Shown here: positions 1-14,084 of the stretch, piece by piece
Layout of the letters: each line of letters opens with the position of its first letter
Numbering within the stretch: position 1 is the stretch's first letter
Assembly (NCBI GenBank): GCA_965261005.1
Contig: OZ253375.1
Coordinates: 736,001 to 800,000, forward strand
Length of the DNA: 64,000 nt
Reading direction: 5' to 3'
Origin: Deinococcus sp.
GTDB lineage: Bacteria; Deinococcota; Deinococci; Deinococcales; Deinococcaceae
Notes under the pieces: generated by a model
Told to the model about the DNA's origin: nothing
The model's database searches: none
The model's input: only the letters and a program-made list of their open reading frames with translations
Position numbers and translations under genes: made by a program

Positions 1-341
1 TCGTGCGACAGCCGGGCGGCGCGCGTCAGGGCCTCCTCGGTCACGCCCTCGCCCCACGCGACGTGGCGCACGGTAATGTGGGTGAAGCGGCGCGGTTGGC
101 TTTCCGCGCGCTCGCCCTCCACCTCGATGCGGTAGCTGGTCAGCGGCGTCCTCTTCTTGTTCATCACCGTCACCACGTCGTAGGCGGTGCAGCTGGCGAG
201 GGCGGCCAAGAGGGCCTCGGTGGGGCGCACGCCCACCGCCAGGGGCGAGGCGTCAATCAAAAGCTGCTGGCCGCGCTCGTTGAAGCCGGCGTAGCGTTGC
301 TCGCCCAAATGATGCACGGTCATCTTCATGGTTTGGCTCAT
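1..341 (-). CDS. OsmC/YhfA-family protein (3' end runs off the window)
   Basis: Hand translation of the minus strand, not in the ORF track: MSQTMKMTVHHLGEQRYAGFNERGQQLLIDASPLAVGVRPTEALLAALASCTAYDVVTVMNKKR...; RPTEALLAALASC is the OsmC-family motif. Confidence 0.85.
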   Translation of the reverse strand, partial: MSQTMKMTVHHLGEQRYAGFNERGQQLLIDASPLAVGVRPTEALLAALASCTAYDVVTVMNKKRTPLTSYRIEVEGERAESQPRRFTHITVRHVAWGEGVTEEALTRAARLSH

Positions 342-356
342 GGCCGGATTAAAGCA

Positions 357-1643
357 TCAAACGGGAGGATGGTCCGTTTTCAGATTCAGGGGTTCGCCCA
401 CCGCCTCGTCCTCGTCCTCGATCACGGCGCCCAGGCACACCCGGAAGGTCGCGCCGCCGCCCGGCGTGTCCAGCACCTCGATGCGCCCCTTGTGCGCCTG
501 CACCACCTGCTGAGCGATGGTGAGGCCGAGTCCCGCGCTGCCGGCCTCCTTGCCACGGTAGAACTTGTCGAAGATGCGCCCCTTGATGGCGTCCGGAATG
601 CCCGGCCCCCGGTCAATCACGTCCGCCTCGATCCAGGCGCCCGCCGCCCTCGCCTCGACGCGCACCAGGTTGGGGCTGCCGCACACCCGCACCGCGTTGG
701 ACACCAGATTGCCGAAGACCTGAGACAAGCGCACCGGGTCGCCCACCACCTCCAAAACTGCGGGCGACTGCACCCGCACGCCGTGGTCACGGCCCACTTG
801 GGCGAGCAGCACCGACACATCGAGAAAGTGCGGCTCGATGGTGGACTGCACCAACTCGTTGCGCGACAGCTGAAGGAGGTCGTTGACCAGGCGGGTCATG
901 TTCTCGGCCACGCGAATGGAGTCGGCAATGGTCTGGCTCGCGCCCATCTCGCGCTGAGCGCGGCGCAGGTAGCCGAGGAGGGCGGTCAGCGGGGTGCGCA
1001 GCTCGTGGCTGGTCTCGGCCAAAAAGGTCTTTTGCAGCTTGAGGGCCTCTTCGAGCTGGCCGGCGGTCTCCTCCAGCTTGAGGCGCCCTTCCTCGGCCAC
1101 CTTGTTGAGGCGCTCGACTTCCTCTAGGCGCGCTTGCAAGGCCCAGTTGAGATCGCGAATCTCGGCCTCGGCCTTTTCACGGCGCCCGCGCTCGGCCGCC
1201 TCGGAAAGGGCGCGCACCACCGCCGGCACCAAGCGCTCCAGGCGCTGCTTGAGCACGTAGTCGGTCACGCCCTTGCGCAACGTCTCGACCGCGACCTCCT
1301 CGCCCATCGCCCCCGTCACGATCAAAAACGGCATGTGCCGGAAGTAGCGCCGCACGTATTCGTAGGCGCTCATGCCGTCGTAGTCGGGCAGCGAGTAGTC
1401 CGACAGCACCAGGTGGGGGGCGTAGTCCGACAAGGCGCGGGTAAACGAGGCCTCGTCCTCCACCTGAAGCACCTCGCAGTTCCAAGGCAGCTCGCCGCCC
1501 TCCAGCATGGCCCGGACCAGCTCGTGGTCGAGCAGGTTGTCCTCCAAGTGCAGCACGCGCAGGGTGTCGGGAAAGCCGTAGGCGTCCGCTTCTCTTTGAA
1601 AAGGGTCTCTTTGAGAAGAGTGTTGTTGAAATGAATCGTTCAT
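357..1643 (-). CDS. Hybrid response regulator / histidine kinase (REC-HisKA-HATPase)
   Basis: REC domain (LHLEDN, VLSDYSLP, YVLK); H-box SHELRTPLT; N box NLVSNA; G boxes DRGPG and GLGL. Confidence 0.9.
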   Translation of the reverse strand: MNDSFQQHSSQRDPFQREADAYGFPDTLRVLHLEDNLLDHELVRAMLEGGELPWNCEVLQVEDEASFTRALSDYAPHLVLSDYSLPDYDGMSAYEYVRRYFRHMPFLIVTGAMGEEVAVETLRKGVTDYVLKQRLERLVPAVVRALSEAAERGRREKAEAEIRDLNWALQARLEEVERLNKVAEEGRLKLEETAGQLEEALKLQKTFLAETSHELRTPLTALLGYLRRAQREMGASQTIADSIRVAENMTRLVNDLLQLSRNELVQSTIEPHFLDVSVLLAQVGRDHGVRVQSPAVLEVVGDPVRLSQVFGNLVSNAVRVCGSPNLVRVEARAAGAWIEADVIDRGPGIPDAIKGRIFDKFYRGKEAGSAGLGLTIAQQVVQAHKGRIEVLDTPGGGATFRVCLGAVIEDEDEAVGEPLNLKTDHPPV

Positions 1644-4600
1644 GACGTTCCTCCTGAAACGGCGCCGCGCCCCGCCAGCGATGGGGCCGCCAGCGGCAAG
1701 GCCACGAAAAAGCTGGCCCCGCCGTCCAACTCGCTTTCCGCCCAGACCCGGCCGCCGTGACGGCCGACAATGCGCCGCACGTTGGCGAGGCCGATGCCGG
1801 TGCCCTCGAACTCCTCGCTGCGGTGCAGGCGCTGAAAGACCCCGAACAGCTTGTCCGCGAAGCGGCTGTCAAAGCCCACGCCGTTGTCGCGCACCTCGAT
1901 AATGGCCTCGCCGCCCCGCTCGTGCGCGCTCAGCTCGACGCGGCTGAGCGCGCGCTTGCGGCTGTACTTGAGGGCGTTGGCCAACAGGTTGGTGAAGACC
2001 AGCTTGAGCAGGCCCGCGTCGCCCTGCACGGTGGGCAGGTCGCCCAGGCGCCACTCCACTTGCCGATTCTCGTACTCGTGCAGCAGCTCGCCGCGCACCT
2101 CGCGCACGGTCACGTTGAGGTCCACCGGCGCGAGGCGCAGTTCCTGGCGACCCATGCGCGAAAAGCCCAGCAAGTCGTCAATCAGGGCGCTCATGCGCGT
2201 GGCGGCGTCCGTGATAATGCCCAGGTAGCGCTCCGCCTTGTCGCCGAGGTTGCCGTCCGTCTCCTTGCGCAGCAAATCGCCGAAGCCCACGATGTGCCGC
2301 AACGGGGTGCGCAGGTCGTGCGACACCGAGTAGCTGAAGGCCTCCAATTCCTGGTTGGCCTCCAGCAGCTCGCGCGTGCGCACCTGCACCCGGCTCTCCA
2401 GGCTTTGGTTGAGTTCGTTCATGGCGCGCTCGGCCTCCCGCGCCTGCACGAACAGGCGTTGGTTGTCGAGCACGGTGGTCATGCGGTTCACCACCTCCTG
2501 CGCGAGCTGCACGTCGCGCGGCTCGGGCGCGTGGTCGTAGCCGAGCAGCAGGGCGCCCAGCGGGGCCTCGTCGCGCGCCACCAGCGGCAAGGCCACCATC
2601 CGCCTGAGTCCCACGGCCGCGAGGCCGGGCGTCGGGCTGACCACCTGGAGCGTTCCCGAGGCCATCACGGCCCCCACGAGCTGACGGGCGCCCTCGGCGT
2701 GCGCCTGGAGCAGTTCCGAGATGTCGGCGCTTTGCGCGGCGTGCAGGCGGCGCAGCTCGCCGTCCTCCTCAAGCCACAGCGTGGCGCTTTGCACGAAGCG
2801 CTGGGTGAACGCCCTCAGCACGCCGGTCCAGTCGCGCGCCTCGCCGAGGGGAGCCGCGATCAGGCGCCCCACGTCGGCCAGCAGCCGCGAGCTGGCCTCG
2901 GCGTAGGTCTGGTCCTCGACGTCGTTGGCGGCGCCGACCCACTCGATCACATCCCCTCTAAGGCCGGCCCCATCGCGAATCGGGGCGCCGCGCAGCACGA
3001 AGGTCCGGTAAACGCCGTCCGCACGCCGCAGGCGGACTTCCTGCGCGAAGGGGGCGCCGCTTTCCAAGGAGTGCCGCTGGGCCGCTTGAAAGCGCGCCCA
3101 GTCGGCCGCGTACACGACCTCCGGCGAAAAGCCGCCCTGGGCATGCGCCTCGCCCACGTACTCGGCCCAGCGGCGGTTGAAGTAGCTGGTCTGCCCCCCC
3201 GCGTCACTCAGCCACACGATCTGCGGCAGGCCCTCGATCAGGCCGCGGTAGCGCGCCTCCGAGCGCCGGAGTTGCCCCTCAAAGGCCATGCGCTCGTCGA
3301 TGTCGGTGCAGGTGCCCACCCACTCGATCACCGCGCCGCTCGCGTCGCGAATGGCGCTGGCGCGGCCCACGAACCAGTGGTACTCGCCGTCATGGCGGCG
3401 AAAGCGGTACTCGATCTGGTAAGGTTCGCCGTCCTTCCACGAACGCTCCCAAGCGGCCAAGGTGCGCGCCACGTCGTCCGGGTGCAGCGCCTCCGCGAAG
3501 CCGTAGTTGAGGGACGCCTCCTCGCTGAGGCCGGTGTAGGCGTACCAGCCGCCGTTGTAGTAGAGGTGCTTGCCCTGGGGGTCCGTCACCCACACCATCT
3601 GCGGCAGCGCCTCCAAGACGCCCCGGTAGCGCAACTCGCTTTCGCGCAGCGAGGCGCGCGAGGCGGCCAAGCTCAGCGCCAAGTCCTCGGCGCGCTCGCG
3701 CGCGCCCACTTGGCGCAGGGTGCCCCAAAAGAGGGTCAGCGCGACGGCGCCGCCCAGCAGCGCGATGAAGAGGGGCACGAAGCGCAGGGTGTCCGCGCCG
3801 AACTGCGGCCCGGCGCGGTACGCCAGCGTCCAGATTCGCCCGCCCACGTCGAGGGTACGCGTATCGGCAAAGGCTTTCCGTGAACCGCTTTGCCCGTACA
3901 GCACGTCGGCGCCGTCTTGCACCCTCAGCGAGACGGCGCCGTAGCGGCCCGCCACCTTCAGGCTCCCGACAAAGTCGCCGAAGCGAAACGGCGCGTACAC
4001 CACGCCGACCACCGCCGCGCGGCGCTCCGCCGGCGTGTCGGTCCCGGCGCCCGCGCGGTACACCGGCAAGTACAGCAAAAATCCGCTCTGCTGCCGCGCC
4101 TTGAGGTCTTCTTGGACCAAGCGAATTGGGGCGGAGGCCGCCACCTGGCCGCTTGCCACGGCGCGCTCGATGGCGGCGCGGCGCTTTGGTTCGGAGAACA
4201 TGTCGTACCCGAGGGCGTACTGGTTGGCCGCGTCGCGCGGCTCCAGGTAGGTGACCGGCACGTAGGCGGGGCGCTCGCCGGGCGGAAACACCCGGTAGCT
4301 CTCGGCCCCCTGGGCGCGCAGATCGCGCTGCAAGGCGCCCAAGCCGGACGGCCCCAAAAGGGCGGCGAAGCCGAGGCCCTGAAGGCCGGGATACTGCTGG
4401 GGCAAGTTCAGCGCGGCCACATAGCGCGCGAACTCGTCGCGCGACACGCTTTCCTGCACGTTCCACAGCCCGCGCGTGGCGCGCATCACGTCCAGATAGC
4501 CGTCCAGCCGCTGGGCGACCGACTGCGTGAGGGTGTCCACCTCGCGTGTGAAGCGCGCCTGCTGCTGCAACTGCACCAGGTGGCGCACGAACAGCGCGCT

Positions 4601-4693
4601 GAGCAGCGTCAGCGACAAGATCAAGGCCAGCACCAAAAAGGCCCAATTGACGGGCCGGCGGCGCAACGTGAAGGTGGTCGGCGACTTCGCCAT
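1640..4693 (-). CDS. Membrane sensor histidine kinase, CHASE-PAS-PAS-GAF-like-HisKA-HATPase
   Basis: Start set at MAKSPTT; TM helix, then CHASE (YLEP..N..ALGYDMFSEPKRRAAIERA), second TM, two PAS/PAC, FSYSVSHDLRTPLR, NLLANALKY, DNGVGF, GTGIGLA; ATGA overlap with the downstream gene. Confidence 0.9.
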   Translation of the reverse strand: MAKSPTTFTLRRRPVNWAFLVLALILSLTLLSALFVRHLVQLQQQARFTREVDTLTQSVAQRLDGYLDVMRATRGLWNVQESVSRDEFARYVAALNLPQQYPGLQGLGFAALLGPSGLGALQRDLRAQGAESYRVFPPGERPAYVPVTYLEPRDAANQYALGYDMFSEPKRRAAIERAVASGQVAASAPIRLVQEDLKARQQSGFLLYLPVYRAGAGTDTPAERRAAVVGVVYAPFRFGDFVGSLKVAGRYGAVSLRVQDGADVLYGQSGSRKAFADTRTLDVGGRIWTLAYRAGPQFGADTLRFVPLFIALLGGAVALTLFWGTLRQVGARERAEDLALSLAASRASLRESELRYRGVLEALPQMVWVTDPQGKHLYYNGGWYAYTGLSEEASLNYGFAEALHPDDVARTLAAWERSWKDGEPYQIEYRFRRHDGEYHWFVGRASAIRDASGAVIEWVGTCTDIDERMAFEGQLRRSEARYRGLIEGLPQIVWLSDAGGQTSYFNRRWAEYVGEAHAQGGFSPEVVYAADWARFQAAQRHSLESGAPFAQEVRLRRADGVYRTFVLRGAPIRDGAGLRGDVIEWVGAANDVEDQTYAEASSRLLADVGRLIAAPLGEARDWTGVLRAFTQRFVQSATLWLEEDGELRRLHAAQSADISELLQAHAEGARQLVGAVMASGTLQVVSPTPGLAAVGLRRMVALPLVARDEAPLGALLLGYDHAPEPRDVQLAQEVVNRMTTVLDNQRLFVQAREAERAMNELNQSLESRVQVRTRELLEANQELEAFSYSVSHDLRTPLRHIVGFGDLLRKETDGNLGDKAERYLGIITDAATRMSALIDDLLGFSRMGRQELRLAPVDLNVTVREVRGELLHEYENRQVEWRLGDLPTVQGDAGLLKLVFTNLLANALKYSRKRALSRVELSAHERGGEAIIEVRDNGVGFDSRFADKLFGVFQRLHRSEEFEGTGIGLANVRRIVGRHGGRVWAESELDGGASFFVALPLAAPSLAGRGAVSGGTS

Positions 4694-4701
4694 GCAGCGC
4701 C

Positions 4702-5508
4702 TCAGTTTACCGCTTGGCGCGCCGCCGACAGAAACACTTCGGCGCCCACGTCCGCGCCGGTCCACAGCGCAAAGCTCAGCCGCGCTTGGTGGGCCAGCAT
4801 GCCCAAACCGTTTTCGGCGCGGTACCCGCGTCCACGCGCCTCGCGCAGCAAACGGGTCTCCAGCGGGCGGTACACCATGTCGTAGACCAGAGCTTCCGGA
4901 GACAGTTCTGGAAAGGCGGGCAGCGGCAGTTCGTCCGGGGCGTTCAGGCCGGCCGAGGTGGCGTTGATGAGCAAGCGCAGCGACATCCAGGGCAGCTCCG
5001 TGAAGCTGGCCGCGCGAGCACCGAATTCTGCGGCCAAGCGGCCCGCCCTCTGCGGCGTGCGGTTCCAGATCCACACCTGGCGACCCCCCTGCGCCAGCGC
5101 GTACACGGCGGCGCGCGCCGCGCCGCCCGCGCCCAGCACGGCGGCGGGTCCGGGCGGCGCCTGGGCGTCCCCCAGGGCGGCCAGCAACCCGGACGCGTCG
5201 GTGTTGTCGCCGTAGAGCGCCCCCCCGCGCACGACCAGCGTGTTCAGCGCGCCAATGCGCCGGGCCGCCCCGCTCAAGCTGCCGACAAGTCCCACGGCCG
5301 CCTCTTTGTGCGGCAAGCTGAGGTTGGCGCCCAGCGCACCCGAAGCGGAGAGGGCGCGCAGCTTGGCGGCCAACCCGTCCGGCGGCACCCGCACGGCTTG
5401 GTATGTGCCGTCCAGGCCGGCGGCGGCGAAGGCGGCGGCGTGCATGGCCGGCGACAGCGAGTGCGCGGCGGGGTCGGCGAACAGGTAGGCGCGCAAGGGG
5501 ACGGGCAC
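4702..5508 (-). CDS. aroE: Shikimate dehydrogenase
   Basis: HSLSPAMH, GANLSLPHK, GALNTL, GDNTD, GAGGAARA, INATSAG, YDMVYRP, GLGMLAHQA; GTG start inferred 5 nt after a TACCCT -10 box. Confidence 0.93.
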   Translation of the reverse strand: MPVPLRAYLFADPAAHSLSPAMHAAAFAAAGLDGTYQAVRVPPDGLAAKLRALSASGALGANLSLPHKEAAVGLVGSLSGAARRIGALNTLVVRGGALYGDNTDASGLLAALGDAQAPPGPAAVLGAGGAARAAVYALAQGGRQVWIWNRTPQRAGRLAAEFGARAASFTELPWMSLRLLINATSAGLNAPDELPLPAFPELSPEALVYDMVYRPLETRLLREARGRGYRAENGLGMLAHQARLSFALWTGADVGAEVFLSAARQAVN

Positions 5509-5687
5509 GCCGCAGGGTAACGCGGCGCAAACGGCGCAAATGGGGCGGGGGCCGGGCAAGTGTGCCTCAAGGCACTTCTGTGGCGGACGCGAATGCCAAA
5601 ATAAAGGCGAGCAATGACCTTTCCACCCTCGCCGCCCCGCTGCCCCGCGCAGGGGGCCGCGCGCCGTTTTGGCGCGCAGGAGACCAG

Positions 5688-7877
<2,190 letters not shown>

Positions 7878-7881
7878 ACCC

Positions 7882-8361
7882 TTGATCGACTTGGTCGTTC
7901 GTAAAACGCCCCCGCCCGGCGTGCGGCCCACCCTGCGCCGTTCGCTCACGGCGGTCATGCGCCACTTCGGGGTGGCGGACAAGGCAGTGACGCTGGTCCT
8001 GATCGGCGACCGCGCCATGCGGCGGCTCAAACGCGAGGCTTGGGGCGAGGACGCGACCACCGACGTGCTCTCGTTTCCCAGCTACGTTCCCGGCGACCCC
8101 TTCGTGCCGCCGCACCTGGGCGACATCTTTATCAGTTTGGACACGGCGGCCCGGCAGGCGGAAGCGCGCGGCGTTGACCTCGGGCGCGAGGTGGCGTTGC
8201 TGGCGTCGCATGGTCTGACCCACCTGATGGGCTTCGACCATCCGCACGCGCGGGGACTCGGCTACGAGGAGGGGGCGGTCGGGCCGGAATGGGACCCGTT
8301 CCACACGGCGTGGCGAGCGGCCCAGCGCGAATTGGCGCGGGTGGGGTTAGAAGATGGCTGA
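7882..8361 (+). CDS. ybeY: rRNA maturation endoribonuclease YbeY
   Basis: TDVLSFP, LGDIFIS, HGLTHLMGFDH; directly after phoH; TTG start inferred. Confidence 0.92.
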   Translation: MIDLVVRKTPPPGVRPTLRRSLTAVMRHFGVADKAVTLVLIGDRAMRRLKREAWGEDATTDVLSFPSYVPGDPFVPPHLGDIFISLDTAARQAEARGVDLGREVALLASHGLTHLMGFDHPHARGLGYEEGAVGPEWDPFHTAWRAAQRELARVGLEDG

Positions 8362-8716
8362 GCGGGGCCGCTCGCTGCTGGCGCCGTTCCAGTTCGCTTG
8401 GGCCGGCGTGCGCGCGGGGTGGCGCCTTCAGCGTAACTTCCGCATCGAGGTGGTCTGCGCCGCCCTGGCCCTGGGGGCGGCGTGGTGGCTGGGGGCGCCG
8501 CTCACCCCCATCGTGCTGGCCTGCGCCTTGGTGCTGTCGCTGGAACTGCTGAACTCGGCCGTGGAGGCGACCGTGGACCTCGTCTCGCCCGAGTGGCACC
8601 CGCTCGCCAAGCTCGCCAAGGACGCGGCGGCGGGCGCCGTACTCCTGGCCGCCTTAGGGACTTTGGGGGTGGCGGCGCTGGAACTGTTGCCCCGATTGCT
8701 CGGCAAGCTCGGCTGA
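8354..8716 (+). CDS. dgkA: Diacylglycerol/undecaprenol kinase family protein
   Basis: QRNFRIE, ELLNSAVEATVDL, AKLAKDAAAGAVL; phoH-ybeY-dgkA synteny. Confidence 0.9.
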   Translation: MAERGRSLLAPFQFAWAGVRAGWRLQRNFRIEVVCAALALGAAWWLGAPLTPIVLACALVLSLELLNSAVEATVDLVSPEWHPLAKLAKDAAAGAVLLAALGTLGVAALELLPRLLGKLG

Positions 8717-8962
8717 AGGTGAAGAGCGTTCTGCGCTTACCAAGTGGCCGGGAGCGGGCATGGTATGCTTGGTCCGTTTTATGGACGACCCCCCCAGTTT
8801 TGACTTTCCAACCCCGGTTGCTGACGTCCCGGCGCCTGTTCGCGGGACGGTTTTTGTTGGGGGCCGGTTTCGTTCACCTTCGCTTGAGGGGCGCCCTCGC
8901 GCCCTTCCGACGCGCGCCACGCTCTGGTCTCGCGCGTCCGGCGCTTTGGAGCGCGCCCCTGA

Positions 8963-10298
8963 ATGAATGACTGGCTGGGCATCGCGGCCCTTTTTCTGTT
9001 GGTGCTGTTCAACGGCTTTTTCGTGGCGGCCGAGTACGCCCTCGTCAGCGTGCGGCGCACCCGCATCGACCAGCGCGCCGAGGAAGGCAGCTCCAGCGCC
9101 AAGCTGGTGCAGCGCGTGCTCGGCAACCTGAACCTCTACATCGCCGCCATTCAGCTCGGCGTCTCAATGGCCAGCCTCGCCATCGGCTTCGTGGCCGAGC
9201 CGGCCATCGAACACCTGGTGCGCCCGCTGTTGGTGGGCGCCGGCATGCAGGGCGAGTCGGCCATCACGGCGGTCTCATTCACCATCGCCTTTGTGCTCTC
9301 GACCACGCTGCACATCGTCTTCGGCGAGCTGTTTCCCAAGTCGGCGGCGCTTCAGCGCACCGAGGAAGTGGTCCTGAGCTTCACCCGCCCCTTGGTGCTG
9401 TTCACGGCGGTGTTCCGGCCGGTCATTCTGGCGCTGAACTTCTTCGGCGCCGTGGTGCTGCGTCTGTTCGGCCTCAAGGCCAACGCCGAGCATCCCATCG
9501 CGCACTCCGAGGAGGAGATTCGCATGATCGTCACGGCGTCGAGCCAGGAGGGGGTGCTGGCCGACTCCGAACGCGAGTTGGTCAACAACGTCTTCGACCT
9601 CGCCGACACCGCCGTGCGCTCGATCATGACGCCGCGGGTGGACATGGTGATGGTGGAGGGCGCCTGGTCGCTGCGCGGCGTGCTGGAGCTGTACGAGCGC
9701 CACAACTATTCGCGGGTGCCGGTGTTTTCGGAGTCCCCCGACAACGTGATCGGCGTGGTCCACACCCCCGACGTGCTCAAACATTTGCACGAACTCGACC
9801 ACGTGACCGCCCGCGACATCATGCGCCCCACCTACTACGCGCCCGAGAGCATGCGGGTCAGCGATTTGCTGCGGACCATGCGCGAGCGCAAGGGGCACAT
9901 GGCCATCGTGGTGGACGAGTTCGGCGGCACGGCGGGGGTGGTGACCTTGGAGGACGTCCTCGAAGAGATCGTGGGAGAAATCTACGACGAGACCGACGAC
10001 GAGGAGGTGCAGCGCGTGGTGCGGCTCTCGGACCACGAGTATCTGCTCGACGCTTCTCTGGACGTGGACGAGGTGGAGACGCTGCTCGTCACCGAACTGG
10101 ATGAGGAAGAGGAGCATGAGTTCGATACCCTGGGCGGCTTCGTGACCCAGCACTTCGGCTACATTCCGCAGCCGGGCGAGGTCTTCGAGTGGGAAGGCTG
10201 GACCTACGCCGTCGAGGAGGCCGACCAGCGCCGGGTGGTGCGGGTGCGCGCCAGCAAACCCCTCATGGAAGAGGTCGGTTTGGAGGACGAGGTCGCCC

Positions 10299-10309
<11 letters not shown>
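8963..10309 (+). CDS. Hemolysin-family / CNNM (DUF21-CBS-CorC) membrane protein, probable Mg2+/Co2+ transporter
   Basis: NGFFVAAEYALV, QLGVS, IVFGELFPK, IMTPRVD, YSRVPV, VVDEFGGTAGVVTLEDVLEEIVGEIYDE. Confidence 0.92.
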
Positions 10310-10688
<379 letters not shown>

Positions 10689-10696
10689 AGTAGAGC

Positions 10697-11257
10697 ATGT
10701 CCCAGGCCCTGAAGCCGTTTATCAGCGTCGAAGAGTACCTGCGCGGCGAGCAGGAGTCCGAGGTGCGCCACGACTACGTGGACGGCCAAGTGTTCGCGCA
10801 GGCGGGGGCGAGCGACAAGCACAATAGGATTACAGGCAACGTCTTTGCCTTGTTGTGGAATCTAACGCGCGGCACCTCTTGCCAGCCTTATATCAACGAC
10901 ATGAAGGCGCGCATACACGACAAGATTTTCTACTACCCCGACGTGATGGTGGTCTGCGAAAGCGCCGCCGACGAAATCTACTTCAAGCGCCGCCCCTGCC
11001 TGATCGTGGAGGTGCTGTCCCCCGCAACGGAAGCCTTGGACCGGGGCGCCAAGTTCGATCAGTACCGCCAGCTGCCCAGCTTGGAAACTTACGTGCTGCT
11101 GCACCAGGATAGACCGCGCGCCGAGCTGTACCGCCGGGTGGAGGCGGGTAGGTGGCTCTACGAGGTGCGAGAGGGGGAGGACGTTCTGCCGCTGAGCTGC
11201 CCCAAGGCGGACTTGTCCCTCACAGAGATTTACGAGGGCGTGCCCCTGCCGGACTGA
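10697..11257 (+). CDS. Uma2 (DUF820) family putative endonuclease
   Basis: SVEEYL, AGASDKH, YYPDVMVVC, PCLIVEVLSPATEALDRGAKFDQY. Confidence 0.9.
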   Translation: MSQALKPFISVEEYLRGEQESEVRHDYVDGQVFAQAGASDKHNRITGNVFALLWNLTRGTSCQPYINDMKARIHDKIFYYPDVMVVCESAADEIYFKRRPCLIVEVLSPATEALDRGAKFDQYRQLPSLETYVLLHQDRPRAELYRRVEAGRWLYEVREGEDVLPLSCPKADLSLTEIYEGVPLPD

Positions 11258-11293
11258 GCGCAACCTTCGGCGGCCCCGGCGCGTACCTGGGAC

Positions 11294-11680
11294 ATGTCCA
11301 GCTCCTTGACCAATCCCATTCCCCAAGACCAGCGCACGCCGGTGATCATCGAACACCTCGCGCCGCTGGCCGCCTTTTGGCTGCCGGTGCTGGGCAACGT
11401 GATCGGGGCGCTGGTCGCGTGGCTGCTGCTGCGCGACCGCCACGCCGCGCTGGACGAGCAGGGCCGCGAGGTGGTGAACTTCCAGATCTCCATCTCGCTG
11501 TACTTCATCGCCTTTACGGCGGTGGTAATCTTGACCTTGGGCATTGGCATCTTGCTGCTGTGGCCGGTGCTGGTCGGCCTGTACGCGCTACAATTTATCA
11601 CCATGATCCTGGCGGTGGTGGCGGCGCTGGACGGGCGGCCGTACCGCTATCCATTTTCGATTCGCTTTCTCAAGGCGTAG
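11294..11680 (+). CDS. DUF4870-family membrane protein
   Basis: HL..L, GNVIGALVAW, EVVNFQISI and G.PYRYPFSIRFLK C-terminus. Confidence 0.85.
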   Translation: MSSSLTNPIPQDQRTPVIIEHLAPLAAFWLPVLGNVIGALVAWLLLRDRHAALDEQGREVVNFQISISLYFIAFTAVVILTLGIGILLLWPVLVGLYALQFITMILAVVAALDGRPYRYPFSIRFLKA

Positions 11681-11726
11681 CGATTCTCAAGGCGTAACAA
11701 CCGGCCACACCCTTTACAATTCCGCT

Positions 11727-12464
<738 letters not shown>

Positions 12465-12484
12465 GTGCGCTAGATTCGGGCCAT

Positions 12485-13015
12485 ATGACGGTTCCCATCC
12501 AATTCAAGGACACCATTCAGATTCGCGGGCGGGCGGACACGCTGTTTCGCAACGTGATGGACCCCCGGCGCCGCGCCAAGTGGGACCCCAACGTCGCGGG
12601 CGCCAACTTCGTGGAAGGGGAGCGCCTGGGCAGCGGCACCTTGGTGCGCTTCAAGCTGCCCCGGCGCCTGCTCGGCTTCAGCTTCACCGCCAAGTACGGC
12701 TCCTACCAAGCCCCGACGCGCGGGGGGTGGGAAAGCGTGAGGCCCTTCGGCCCCCTCGAAAGGCTGGCGCAGGGCTGGGTGTTCAAGCCTGTTCCCGGCG
12801 GCAGCGAGGTCACCTTGTCGGTGAACGCGCGGGTGCGCTACCGCTGGCTGGCCGGCCCGGTGGAGCGGCTGCTGCGGTCGGCCTCGGCGCAAACCCTGAT
12901 CGAGTTGCAGCGCCAGGTGGACGCGGGCGGCGCGCGGGCCATGCTCGACACCGCGCGAGAAGTGGCGAAGCAGCAGAAGGCGGCCAAGAAGGGGAAAAAG
13001 GCCGGGCCGCGGTGA
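12485..13015 (+). CDS. SRPBCC/polyketide-cyclase-fold protein
   Basis: Start MTVPIQF; D..RRAKWDP, GPLE..AQGWVFKPVPGGSEVTL pattern. Confidence 0.7.
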   Translation: MTVPIQFKDTIQIRGRADTLFRNVMDPRRRAKWDPNVAGANFVEGERLGSGTLVRFKLPRRLLGFSFTAKYGSYQAPTRGGWESVRPFGPLERLAQGWVFKPVPGGSEVTLSVNARVRYRWLAGPVERLLRSASAQTLIELQRQVDAGGARAMLDTAREVAKQQKAAKKGKKAGPR

Positions 13016-13073
13016 CCCATTCCTAAACCCTTCTTGAGCCTTTTCACGGCCTCGCCGGCGTAAACTTGACCGC

Positions 13074-14080
<1,007 letters not shown>

Positions 14081-14084
<4 letters not shown>

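Noticed and set aside
4694..5539. N-terminal 280 aa of the 1299-aa ORF 1640..5539
   Set aside because: Arg/Gly-rich off-frame read-through of aroE; the kinase plausibly starts at 4693
10697..11257. Uma2 nuclease as a defence system
   Set aside because: Solitary member of a commonly expanded family with no partner genes nearby
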